A DNA stretch of 24,865 bases from an uncultured Gammaproteobacteria bacterium (GTDB taxonomy: Bacteria > Patescibacteriota > Patescibacteriia > Patescibacteriales > UBA12465): contig CAZERN010000001.1 of assembly GCA_964514675.1 (NCBI GenBank), positions 1 to 24,865 on the forward strand. Reading direction: 5' to 3'. Below are positions 8,700 to 16,224 of the stretch, piece by piece. A model generated the notes under the pieces. The model ran no database searches. It was not told the origin of the DNA and saw only the letters and a program-made list of their open reading frames with translations. Each line of letters opens with the position of its first letter. Within the stretch, counting starts at the first letter, position 1. A program made the position numbers and the translations under genes.

Positions 8700-9482
8700 A
8701 TGACTATTTGGCAAAGTTTAATCATGGGCATTGTTGAGGGCTTAACAGAGTTTCTGCCTATCTCATCTACGGCCCATTTAATTATTACTGGCGAACTCTT
8801 AAAAATTCCAGATCCGGATTTTTTTAAAACTTTTACTATCTCAATTCAACTGGGAGCCATTCTGGCGGTTGTAATTCTCTATTGGAAAAAAATTTGGTCT
8901 TCCTGGAATTTAATTGGCAAAATCATTGCCGCCGCCATCCCCACGGCTATTATCGGTGTTGCCTTACATAAGATTGTCAAAGAGTATTTAATGGAGAATT
9001 TACCACTAATTGCCAGTTCTTTGCTTATTGGCGGAATTATAATTATCTTATTTGAACGCTGGTATACACGTAAAAAAATGACATCAGCTAGTCAATCTAA
9101 GGAGGTAAATGAGATCACCTACAAACAAGCAGTTATTTTAGGGACTACCCAATCTTTAGCAATGGTTCCTGGAGTTTCTCGTTCCGGAGCGACTATTATT
9201 GGGGGTCTAGCTCTGGGCATTAGCCGTCACAATATTGTGGAATTTTCTTTTCTTCTAGCAATTCCAACAATGATTGGCGCTACCGCTCTAGATATCTATA
9301 AAAACCCAACTTTATTTACCAGTAGTCAGCTCACCGTCTGGCTAGTTGGCTTTATTACGGCTTTTATAACCGCTATTATTGGAGTAAAATTTTTAATCCG
9401 CTATGTTCAGAAAAATGATTTTCAAGGCTTCGGCTGGTATCGGATTGTTTTAGGAGCTCTAATTTTTCTATTTTTAATTTAA
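8700..9482 (+). CDS. uppP: Undecaprenyl-diphosphatase UppP (BacA)
   Basis: GIVEGLTEFLPISSTAHL, IQLGAILAV, PGVSRSGATIIGG, EFSFLLAIP; polytopic. Confidence 0.96.
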   Translation: MTIWQSLIMGIVEGLTEFLPISSTAHLIITGELLKIPDPDFFKTFTISIQLGAILAVVILYWKKIWSSWNLIGKIIAAAIPTAIIGVALHKIVKEYLMENLPLIASSLLIGGIIIILFERWYTRKKMTSASQSKEVNEITYKQAVILGTTQSLAMVPGVSRSGATIIGGLALGISRHNIVEFSFLLAIPTMIGATALDIYKNPTLFTSSQLTVWLVGFITAFITAIIGVKFLIRYVQKNDFQGFGWYRIVLGALIFLFLI

Positions 9483-9499
9483 CCCCCATCTCTTTCCCA

Positions 9500-9530
9500 A
9501 AAAAAACTGGCTAAGATGGCCAGTTTTTTT
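9500..9530. terminator. Bidirectional intrinsic terminator
   Basis: AAAAAAACTGGC-taagatg-GCCAGTTTTTTT between convergent uppP and tatD. Confidence 0.88.
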
Positions 9531-10380
9531 AAATCCGGAAAAACTTCCGAGCGGTTTCAGTGGTAATTTCCGCCACCCGCTCCACTTTCATGTTTTTAAT
9601 TTCCGCAATTCTCTGAGCGACATATTGGACTAAAACTGGTTCATTGCGCTGCCCACGATAGGGCTCAGGAGTCATATAAGGAGAATCGGTCTCAATCATG
9701 ATTCTATCAATCGGAACTTTACGGATTAGCGAATCCCAAGTCTGACTAAAGGTGATTAAGCCGGTAAAAGAGATTATCAAACCTAGATTAAAATATTTCC
9801 ACGCTAAATCTTCGTCACCAGAAAAACAATGAAGAACGCCCCAGGATTTGTTATTCGGAATTAAACTAGCATAAACTTTACGAAACTCCTGAAGAAGGGC
9901 TAAAAGATCATCGTGAGCTTGCCGGCAATGAATAATCACCGGTAAATCTAGCTGCCGAGCTAATAATAATTGCTGCAAGAGGACGGCCTGTTGCCTTTCT
10001 TTGACTGTTTTTTGATCCTCGTTTGGGGGTAAATGGTAATAATCCAGACCTATCTCCCCGATAGCAACCACTTTTTCAAACTTAGCCAACTTTTCGTAAT
10101 TATCGTAGTAAAATTCTTCACTGCGTATGGAAAAGTCATAAACACCCTCATTACTATTATTACTCACGCGGCCACTTGATAAATGAACCGGATGCAAGCC
10201 CACAGCCGCATACACACCTTTTTGATATTTATTGGCATAATTTAAGGCCCGAGTAGAGGTTTTATAATCAGAGCCTACCAAAATCATCCAAGTATCATTA
10301 TCTAAAGCCCGGCGGATTACTTCATCAGAATCCTCCTTAAAATCCGAAAAATTAACATGAGCATGAGTATCAATCAACAT
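9529..10380 (-). CDS. tatD: TatD-family metal-dependent DNase
   Basis: MLIDTHAH, AVGLHP, VAIGEIGLDYY, PVIIHCR, VLHCFSG, MIETDSPYMTPEPYRGQRNEP. Likely start ATG 10380. Confidence 0.93.
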   Translation of the reverse strand: MLIDTHAHVNFSDFKEDSDEVIRRALDNDTWMILVGSDYKTSTRALNYANKYQKGVYAAVGLHPVHLSSGRVSNNSNEGVYDFSIRSEEFYYDNYEKLAKFEKVVAIGEIGLDYYHLPPNEDQKTVKERQQAVLLQQLLLARQLDLPVIIHCRQAHDDLLALLQEFRKVYASLIPNNKSWGVLHCFSGDEDLAWKYFNLGLIISFTGLITFSQTWDSLIRKVPIDRIMIETDSPYMTPEPYRGQRNEPVLVQYVAQRIAEIKNMKVERVAEITTETARKFFRI

Positions 10381-10389
10381 TTTTTCCAA

Positions 10390-10412
10390 AAAGACACGCG
10401 ACGCGTGTCTTT
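10390..10412 (-). terminator. Perfect 11-1-11 inverted repeat, probable terminator of the upstream gene
   Basis: AAAGACACGCG-A-CGCGTGTCTTT; on the minus strand the stem ends in a T run. It lies only 9 nt before the tatD ATG, so an operator or translation role is also possible. Confidence 0.55.
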
Positions 10413-10456
10413 AAAATTAGTATAATTACTTTTAAAGAGAAGCGCCTATAATCCTT

Positions 10457-10918
10457 TTATTCTTCTTTAGACGCAGGCTGGTCAGTTTTTTCCTTCTTTT
10501 CTCCAGCAATCACCGCACCCGCTTCGCTTACCCGATCCTTTAGGTCAGTGGCCGCTTCTTGAATACTGTTTTTTATATCAACGCCGGCTTCTAAAACTTC
10601 TTCTTTTAAATTATTTAATTTATTCTTAGTTTCCTCCCAGGTCTCGCTAATTTTTTCACTACTATCAGCCCAAGTTTCATCAGACTCTTCTTTAACCCCT
10701 TCCCAGGCTTCTTTTAAGTGTTCTTTAGCCTTTTCTAGACCTTCAATAACCTCTTCTTTAACCTCAGAGATTGATTCGCTAATTTTCTCCTTAATCTCAG
10801 AAGCTGTTTCCTTAGTAGCCAGAGCGGCAGCATCTAAATGTTCTACTGGCGTCTTTTTTTCATCACAATGACAAGCGCCAAATAATTTTTTGTACCAAGA
10901 GCAATTGCACTTTGACAT
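10457..10918 (-). CDS. Hypothetical acidic protein with 11-mer amphipathic repeats and an N-terminal CxC-x9-CxC motif
   Basis: 153 aa; ATG in AAAAATATG context; W72/W83/W94 and E37/48/59/70/81/92 are spaced by exactly 11 residues. Confidence 0.8.
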   Translation of the reverse strand: MSKCNCSWYKKLFGACHCDEKKTPVEHLDAAALATKETASEIKEKISESISEVKEEVIEGLEKAKEHLKEAWEGVKEESDETWADSSEKISETWEETKNKLNNLKEEVLEAGVDIKNSIQEAATDLKDRVSEAGAVIAGEKKEKTDQPASKEE

Positions 10919-10949
10919 ATTTTTTAGATTTTATTATAAAAACATTTAA

Positions 10950-10977
10950 ATTATACCACTTTCGGAGAACTTTTCAA
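10950..10977 (-). promoter_or_regulatory. Sigma70-type promoter for the 11-mer-repeat gene
   Basis: TTGAAA (10977-10972), 16 nt spacer, TATAAT (10955-10950) preceded by TG (TGGTATAAT). Confidence 0.6.
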
Positions 10978-11017
10978 TTGACACTTTATCTAAAAAGTGT
11001 TTATTGCTGACCTAGTT

Positions 11018-12076
11018 TTAAATTTCCAACTGTTTAATTGCTTTTTCATCATGGCGACTAATATTTTTAGGAATTTCCACCCTAACAGTCACAAATTGCT
11101 CCCCCTGACCAAAGCCATTTAAACGCAAGAATCCTTTGTTGCGAAGTTTAAAAACGGTTCCTGACTGAGTACCGGCTGGAATTTTTAAAGTTACTGGTCC
11201 GTAAACAGTCTCCACATCCACTTTATCCCCTAAGATTGCCTGTTTAATATTAATCGTCAACTCGGTTCTAATATCATAACCATCTCTTTTGAAAATTTTA
11301 TCGGGAGCTACCTTAATCTGCAAATACAAATCACCAGCTGGACCACCTAAGAAACCATCATCTCCGTAACCTGAGAGACGAATTGTTTCCCCATCAGCAA
11401 TCCCAGCGGGAACACGAACTTTAATTTTAGTAGATTTTTTTACCAAACCGTCGCCGTTACATTTGGAACATTTCTGACTATAAATTTTGCCTTCGCCTTG
11501 ACACTGCGGACAAATATTCTTTGTTTGGATATTCCCTAAAATCGTCCGAGAAACACCAATTACATAACCAGCTCCTTGGCAAGTATTGCAAGTCTCGACT
11601 TTTGAGCCTGGCTCAGCCCCATCACCGTGGCAATGGACACAAGTCGTTTGCTTACTAAAAGAAATCTCTTTTTCTAAACCAAAAACTGATTCCTTAAAAC
11701 TTAAATCAAGACTTAACTCTAAATCTCTGCCTCGGCGTGCTTGTTTTCCTTCCCGGCCACGAGCACTACCAAAACCAAAAATATCAGAAAAACCACCAAA
11801 CAAATCATCCATGTTAATGCCGCCTTGAAAATTTGACCAATCGAATCCAGCTCCACCGGCGCCACCACTAAAAGCCGCCTCACCAAATTGGTCGTATTTC
11901 TTCCGCTTATCATCACTGCCTAAAACCTGATAAGCCTCATTAATCTCTTTGAATTTTTCTTCATCGCCACCTTTATCAGGGTGATGCTCATGAGCTTTTT
12001 TGCGAAAAGAACTTTTAATTTCCGCAGCGCTAGCATTTTTATCAACCCCTAAAATTTTGTAATAGTCTTTTGCCAT
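11018..12076 (-). CDS. dnaJ: Chaperone DnaJ (class A)
   Basis: MAKDYYKILGV, HPD motif, G/F region, four CxxCxGxG repeats, C-terminal domains. Start ATG 12076 (ORF track starts at 12136). Confidence 0.97.
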   Translation of the reverse strand: MAKDYYKILGVDKNASAAEIKSSFRKKAHEHHPDKGGDEEKFKEINEAYQVLGSDDKRKKYDQFGEAAFSGGAGGAGFDWSNFQGGINMDDLFGGFSDIFGFGSARGREGKQARRGRDLELSLDLSFKESVFGLEKEISFSKQTTCVHCHGDGAEPGSKVETCNTCQGAGYVIGVSRTILGNIQTKNICPQCQGEGKIYSQKCSKCNGDGLVKKSTKIKVRVPAGIADGETIRLSGYGDDGFLGGPAGDLYLQIKVAPDKIFKRDGYDIRTELTINIKQAILGDKVDVETVYGPVTLKIPAGTQSGTVFKLRNKGFLRLNGFGQGEQFVTVRVEIPKNISRHDEKAIKQLEI

Positions 12077-12080
12077 AAAT

Positions 12081-12139
12081 TTCTTTAGCGAATAAAGCGC
12101 CCCAGCACGTGGAGGCTGCGGCGCTCTAACGCTCAAGAA
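12081..12139 (-). promoter_or_regulatory. Long imperfect RNA hairpin filling the dnaK-dnaJ spacer
   Basis: mRNA UUCUUGAGCG-UUAGAGCGCCGCAGC-CUCCACGU-GCUGGGGCGCUUUAUU-CGCUAAAGAA pairs over about 23 positions by hand folding; it ends 4 nt before the dnaJ AUG. Confidence 0.65.
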
Positions 12140-12142
12140 TAA

Positions 12143-14041
12143 TTATTTTTTTTCTTCAACTTCACCCTCAACAACCGGCTCATCACCATCAGTTTTATTT
12201 TCATCATCGCCTTTTTTATCTTCAGGCTTAGCTTCAGCGGCAGCTTTTTCATACATCGCTGCCCCGATTTTCTGAGCAGCCTGATTAACCGCCTCTAATT
12301 GTTTTTTAACGCCTTCTAAGTCGTTGGCTTCCTTAACCTTTTTAAGTTCAGCTATTTCCTTCTCTAGCTCTGCCTTATCTTCGGCTTTCATTTTATCACC
12401 TGATTCTTTTAACATCTTCTCGGTAGAAAAAATTACCGCTTCAGCCTGATTAGCTAGCTCAACACTTTCTTTTTTCTTTTTGTCATCTTCAGCATAAATC
12501 TCAGCATCATGTTTCATTTTCTCCACCTCTTCTTTTGATAAACCAGAAGAAGCAGTAATGGTAATTTTCTGCTGTTTACTGGTTGCTTTATCAGTCGCGC
12601 TAACATTTAAAATGCCGTTAGCGTCAAGATCAAATTTAACTTCAATCTGAGGAACGCCTCGGGGTGAGGTTGGGATACCATCAAGAATAAAGCGCCCTAG
12701 AGTCTTATTATCGGCAGCCATTGGCCGCTCACCTTGGACAATATGAATTTCAACACTTGTCTGACCATCAGACGCCGTTGAAAAAATTTGTGACTTGGAG
12801 GTAGGAATAGTTGTGTTCCGATCAATTAAAGGAGTAGCCACACCGCCCATAGTTTCAATCCCTAAAGTAAGCGGAGTAACATCTAAGAGTAAGACATCTT
12901 TGACATCACCCTGTAAGACGCCGGCTTGAACAGCCGCCCCTAAAGCAACTACTTCATCAGGGTTAACACTTAAATTTGGCTCCTTGCCAAAAAATTCCTT
13001 AACTTTTTGCATTACTAAAGGCATGCGTGTCATTCCGCCAACTAGAATCACTTCTTCAATGTCATCAACCTTAAAACCAGCATCAGCTAAAGATTTTCGA
13101 CAAGGCTCTAAAGTTTTTTCAACCAAATCCGTAACCAAAGACTCAAGCTTAGCGCGGGTAATTTTCTTAACTAAGTGCTTGGGGCCATTTTCGTCAGTAG
13201 CGATAAAAGGTTGATTAATTTCGGTTTCTTGAGCTGTTGATAGTTCAATCTTAGCTTTTTCAGCCGATTCTTTAATCCGTTGTAAAGCGAGGGTGTCCTT
13301 AGAGAGATCAATCCCTTCATCTTTTTTAAACTCTTCAATAATCCAATCTATAATTCGCTTATCAAAGTCTTCGCCGCCTAAGTGAGTATCACCATTAGTC
13401 GCTTTTACCTCCACGGTATCAGCGGAAATATCAAGGACGGAGACATCAAAGGTACCGCCACCTAAATCATAAACGACTACTTGTTGACCTTGTTTTTTGT
13501 CAAAACCATAAGCTAAAGCGGCTGCTGTTGGTTCATTGATAATCCGTTTTACCTCTAAACCAGCAATTGTCCCTGCGTCTTTTGTGGCTTGACGTTGAGC
13601 GTCATCAAAATAGGCCGGCACCGTAATAATTGCTTCAGTGATTTTTTCACCAAGCTTAGCTTCGGCATCCGCTTTCAGCTTACTTAAAATCATCGCTGAA
13701 ATTTCTTGAGGGGTATACTCTTGATCATTAATTTTAACTTTGACACCAGTACCTGATTGAATAATTTTATAAGAATTATTCTCTAAATCACCCTTAGCGC
13801 TGACATCATTAAAATTCCGACCAATTAAACGCTTAACTGCATAAATCGTGTTCTCCGGGTTAATCACCGCCTGCCGTTTAGCAGCCGAGCCAACCAAGCG
13901 TTCCCCGGATTTAGAAGTAGCGACAACAGAGGGAGTTGTCCGCAAACCTTCAATGTTTTCTAAGATTTTAGGACTGCCGCCCTCCATAATCGCCATCGCG
14001 CTATTGGTAGTACCTAAATCAATTCCTAATATTTTACTCAT
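12143..14041 (-). CDS. dnaK: Chaperone DnaK (Hsp70)
   Basis: [67 protein letters not shown]. Confidence 0.99.
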   Translation of the reverse strand: MSKILGIDLGTTNSAMAIMEGGSPKILENIEGLRTTPSVVATSKSGERLVGSAAKRQAVINPENTIYAVKRLIGRNFNDVSAKGDLENNSYKIIQSGTGVKVKINDQEYTPQEISAMILSKLKADAEAKLGEKITEAIITVPAYFDDAQRQATKDAGTIAGLEVKRIINEPTAAALAYGFDKKQGQQVVVYDLGGGTFDVSVLDISADTVEVKATNGDTHLGGEDFDKRIIDWIIEEFKKDEGIDLSKDTLALQRIKESAEKAKIELSTAQETEINQPFIATDENGPKHLVKKITRAKLESLVTDLVEKTLEPCRKSLADAGFKVDDIEEVILVGGMTRMPLVMQKVKEFFGKEPNLSVNPDEVVALGAAVQAGVLQGDVKDVLLLDVTPLTLGIETMGGVATPLIDRNTTIPTSKSQIFSTASDGQTSVEIHIVQGERPMAADNKTLGRFILDGIPTSPRGVPQIEVKFDLDANGILNVSATDKATSKQQKITITASSGLSKEEVEKMKHDAEIYAEDDKKKKESVELANQAEAVIFSTEKMLKESGDKMKAEDKAELEKEIAELKKVKEANDLEGVKKQLEAVNQAAQKIGAAMYEKAAAEAKPEDKKGDDENKTDGDEPVVEGEVEEKK

Positions 14042-14082
14042 ATTTTTCTAGTCATCAGTCCTAAAAAGAACCGAATTACAAA

Positions 14083-14514
14083 TTATTTTTTAGTTTCAAT
14101 TTTAATATTTTTAGCTTCACCGCTTTCTGCTTTCGGGATGGTAATCTTTAAAACACCACTCTCTGCTAAAGCTTTAGCATTAGCGCCGTTAACTTTTGCT
14201 GGTAAAGAGATTGCTCGATAAAAAGAGCCCCGACGAATTTCCTTACGATAATAATTTTTATCATCCACTTCGCTGCGCTTTTCACTTTGCCCTTTAATAC
14301 AAAGGGTGTCGTTTTCAATAGAGACATTTACTTGCTCCGGATCAATCCCCGCTAACTGAGCTTCTACGATAATATTATCTTCGTCTTCATAGATATCAAC
14401 CGCTGGCGTAAATCCTTCTTGTTGACTACGAGTTGCGGGTAAGAACTCACCGAACGCCTTATCAAAATCATCAAAGGGGTCGGCAAATAAGGGGGTCCAT
14501 TTTATTAATGACAT
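14083..14514 (-). CDS. Small heat-shock protein (Hsp20 / alpha-crystallin family)
   Basis: PAVDIYEDEDNIIVEAQLAG, YYRKEIRRGSFYRAISLP, GVLKITIPK, terminal IxI motif (IKIE). Confidence 0.95.
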   Translation of the reverse strand: MSLIKWTPLFADPFDDFDKAFGEFLPATRSQQEGFTPAVDIYEDEDNIIVEAQLAGIDPEQVNVSIENDTLCIKGQSEKRSEVDDKNYYRKEIRRGSFYRAISLPAKVNGANAKALAESGVLKITIPKAESGEAKNIKIETKK

Positions 14515-14524
14515 ATTTTTAAGG

Positions 14525-14561
14525 GGGCGGTACTGAAGACTTGCGGCTCCAGCCCTGGCCC
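14525..14561 (-). promoter_or_regulatory. GC-rich hairpin with C(GCAA)G tetraloop upstream of hsp20
   Basis: mRNA GGGC-CA-GG-GCUGGAG-C-C-GCAA-G-U-CUUCAGU-A-CC-GCCC; a GC island in an AT-rich spacer, ending 10 nt before the AUG. Confidence 0.5.
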
Positions 14562-14579
14562 ATTTAATTATTTTTATTT

Positions 14580-15419
14580 TTAAACTTCTTTATTTTCTGG
14601 TTGGCTTTGACCAACGATTACCTTAGCGGCGCGAATTAAACGACCATTTAATTTATACCCGGGCATCACCTCCTTTATCACTAAATCACCAGCGCCTTCA
14701 ATTGCCTCCATCGTATTTAAATCAAAAGGCTGATTAACGGTAACAACTTCTTCAACGCCTTCAGTATTTAATAATTCTTTAAATTGCTTGAGAACATGCT
14801 GGACACCAATCACCCAGGCATTTTTAACTTCAGTTTCCGGTAGATTAAATAAAGACAATTTTAGATGATCATAAACCGGCAACAATTCTTCAAGTAAGCG
14901 CCCATTAGCGTATTTAATAAATTCGGTTTTTTCTTGGGCTGTTTGCTTAATTAAATTTTGATAATCCGCTAAAGAGCGATGATATTTATCTTTATACTGA
15001 CTCTGCTCTAAATAATTATGTGCCTTCAAGGAGACGGCAATCACTAAGGGGCAAATATTTTTTTTCGCCGTCATTTCATCCTTAGAAAACCACTTCACTT
15101 CACTATACTTTTCAGAAACTAATTTTGTTTCTCCGGAAAAATCACTTATCAAAAAGCGAAGCAAATAAACATCCTCTATTAAATCTCCAGCGATAAGTTG
15201 TGGGGACTCAATATTTAAATTTAAAACACTTTTTACTTTAGCGCTTAATTGCGCCTCCGGAATATTGGAATCTCGTAATGAAAAGGAAGGGGCGCGCCAT
15301 TGTTGGCTTCTTTTATCTTTAACTAATAAAATCTTTTCTTCCTCATTAATAATTAAGGCACTGACCGCCAGCTTAGGGGCATCTTTTTCGATGTTTTGCG
15401 AATTAACTGTTTTAGACAT
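14580..15419 (-). CDS. grpE: Nucleotide exchange factor GrpE with an N-terminal degenerate Nudix domain
   Basis: C-terminal half is GrpE (YHRSLADYQN, LEELLPVYDHL, FDLNTMEA, PGYKLNGRLIRAAKVIV). Residues ~15-135 follow a Nudix pattern (AVSALIINEEEKILLVK, WRAP, EVKWFSKDE). Likely start ATG 15419. Confidence 0.9.
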   Translation of the reverse strand: MSKTVNSQNIEKDAPKLAVSALIINEEEKILLVKDKRSQQWRAPSFSLRDSNIPEAQLSAKVKSVLNLNIESPQLIAGDLIEDVYLLRFLISDFSGETKLVSEKYSEVKWFSKDEMTAKKNICPLVIAVSLKAHNYLEQSQYKDKYHRSLADYQNLIKQTAQEKTEFIKYANGRLLEELLPVYDHLKLSLFNLPETEVKNAWVIGVQHVLKQFKELLNTEGVEEVVTVNQPFDLNTMEAIEGAGDLVIKEVMPGYKLNGRLIRAAKVIVGQSQPENKEV

Positions 15420-15433
15420 AAAGACAAAAGAAC

Positions 15434-16123
15434 TTAACAATTAAATTTATTCTTTAAATAAGAAACTAAAGCCAAATTACGATCATAATCCATGCGCAAA
15501 GGACCAATTAGGCCAAAAACACCAACCGTGTTTTGATCTTTATATTTCACTAGAACTGTACTTAAAAAAGAACCAAACGGATTTTTTGAGCCGATTAAAA
15601 CATGCTCACTGTAATCTAAGCGCTCAAAGATTTGAGCAATAATCTCTTCTAACTGATCAATTATTACCGAGATATCATAAACAGCTTCTAGTTGTTTAAA
15701 TTCTGGATGCGAAAAAAGATTGGCTAGTCCGGTGTGGTAAACATTATTCTTACTAAAAGCCCAAAAAACAGCGTTATTAGATAACTCAGCCATTTGTTTG
15801 GCAAGAGCTCGGTAAGCCTCATCATCTCTAGAAAAAAGCTGGTCCAGTTGCGCTTCCTCAGTGGTTTTTAAGCGGGGAGGATTATCCTTTAAATCAGAAA
15901 GCCATAACTCGTAAGCAGACTCTGTCGGAATTCGTCCAGAGGAAGTGTGGGGCTGCATTATATAGCCCGCCTCTTCTAGTTCAGCCATCTCATTTCTAAT
16001 CGTGGCTGAGGAAACACCTATTCGCGAGGTTTTGGCCAACATCCCTGAAGAGACCGGCTGAGCAGTCTTTAGATATTCTTTAATGAGCGCTTTTAAAAGC
16101 GTGAGCTTGCGAGAATCTAACAT
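15434..16123 (-). CDS. hrcA: Heat-inducible transcription repressor HrcA (short form, 229 aa)
   Basis: LLKALIKEYLKTAQPVSSG, VSSATIRNEMAELEEAGYIMQPHTSSGRIPT, C-terminal GVFGLIGPLRMDY. Start ATG 16123 lies downstream of the promoter. Confidence 0.93.
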   Translation of the reverse strand: MLDSRKLTLLKALIKEYLKTAQPVSSGMLAKTSRIGVSSATIRNEMAELEEAGYIMQPHTSSGRIPTESAYELWLSDLKDNPPRLKTTEEAQLDQLFSRDDEAYRALAKQMAELSNNAVFWAFSKNNVYHTGLANLFSHPEFKQLEAVYDISVIIDQLEEIIAQIFERLDYSEHVLIGSKNPFGSFLSTVLVKYKDQNTVGVFGLIGPLRMDYDRNLALVSYLKNKFNC

Positions 16124-16142
16124 AAAATTTATTACAACCCTT

Positions 16143-16171
16143 ATTATATAAAAGCTTAGCAGTCTTGTCAA
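16143..16171 (-). promoter_or_regulatory. Consensus sigma70/sigmaA promoter of the heat-shock operon
   Basis: TTGACA (16171-16166), 17 nt spacer, TATAAT (16148-16143). Confidence 0.9.
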
Positions 16172-16182
16172 TAGACTGCTAA
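16156..16182. promoter_or_regulatory. CIRCE operator, variant
   Basis: TTAGCAGTC-TTGTCAATA-GACTGCTAA versus the canonical TTAGCACTC-N9-GAGTGCTAA; perfect inverted repeat upstream of hrcA. Confidence 0.92.
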
Positions 16183-16224
16183 GATAGATTGGAAATCCTA
16201 AATTTTAGGCTAACTTATAAAAAA

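Noticed and set aside
10981-11000. ACACTTT-N6-AAAGTGT inverted repeat after dnaJ
   Set aside because: Weak AT-rich stem with no U-tail; cannot be called a terminator or operator.
11586-14051. Short ORFs overlapping dnaJ and dnaK
   Set aside because: Shadows of highly conserved genes.
16124-16171. ORF-track N-terminal extension of hrcA from TTG 16171
   Set aside because: That TTG is the -35 box and lies upstream of the predicted transcription start.
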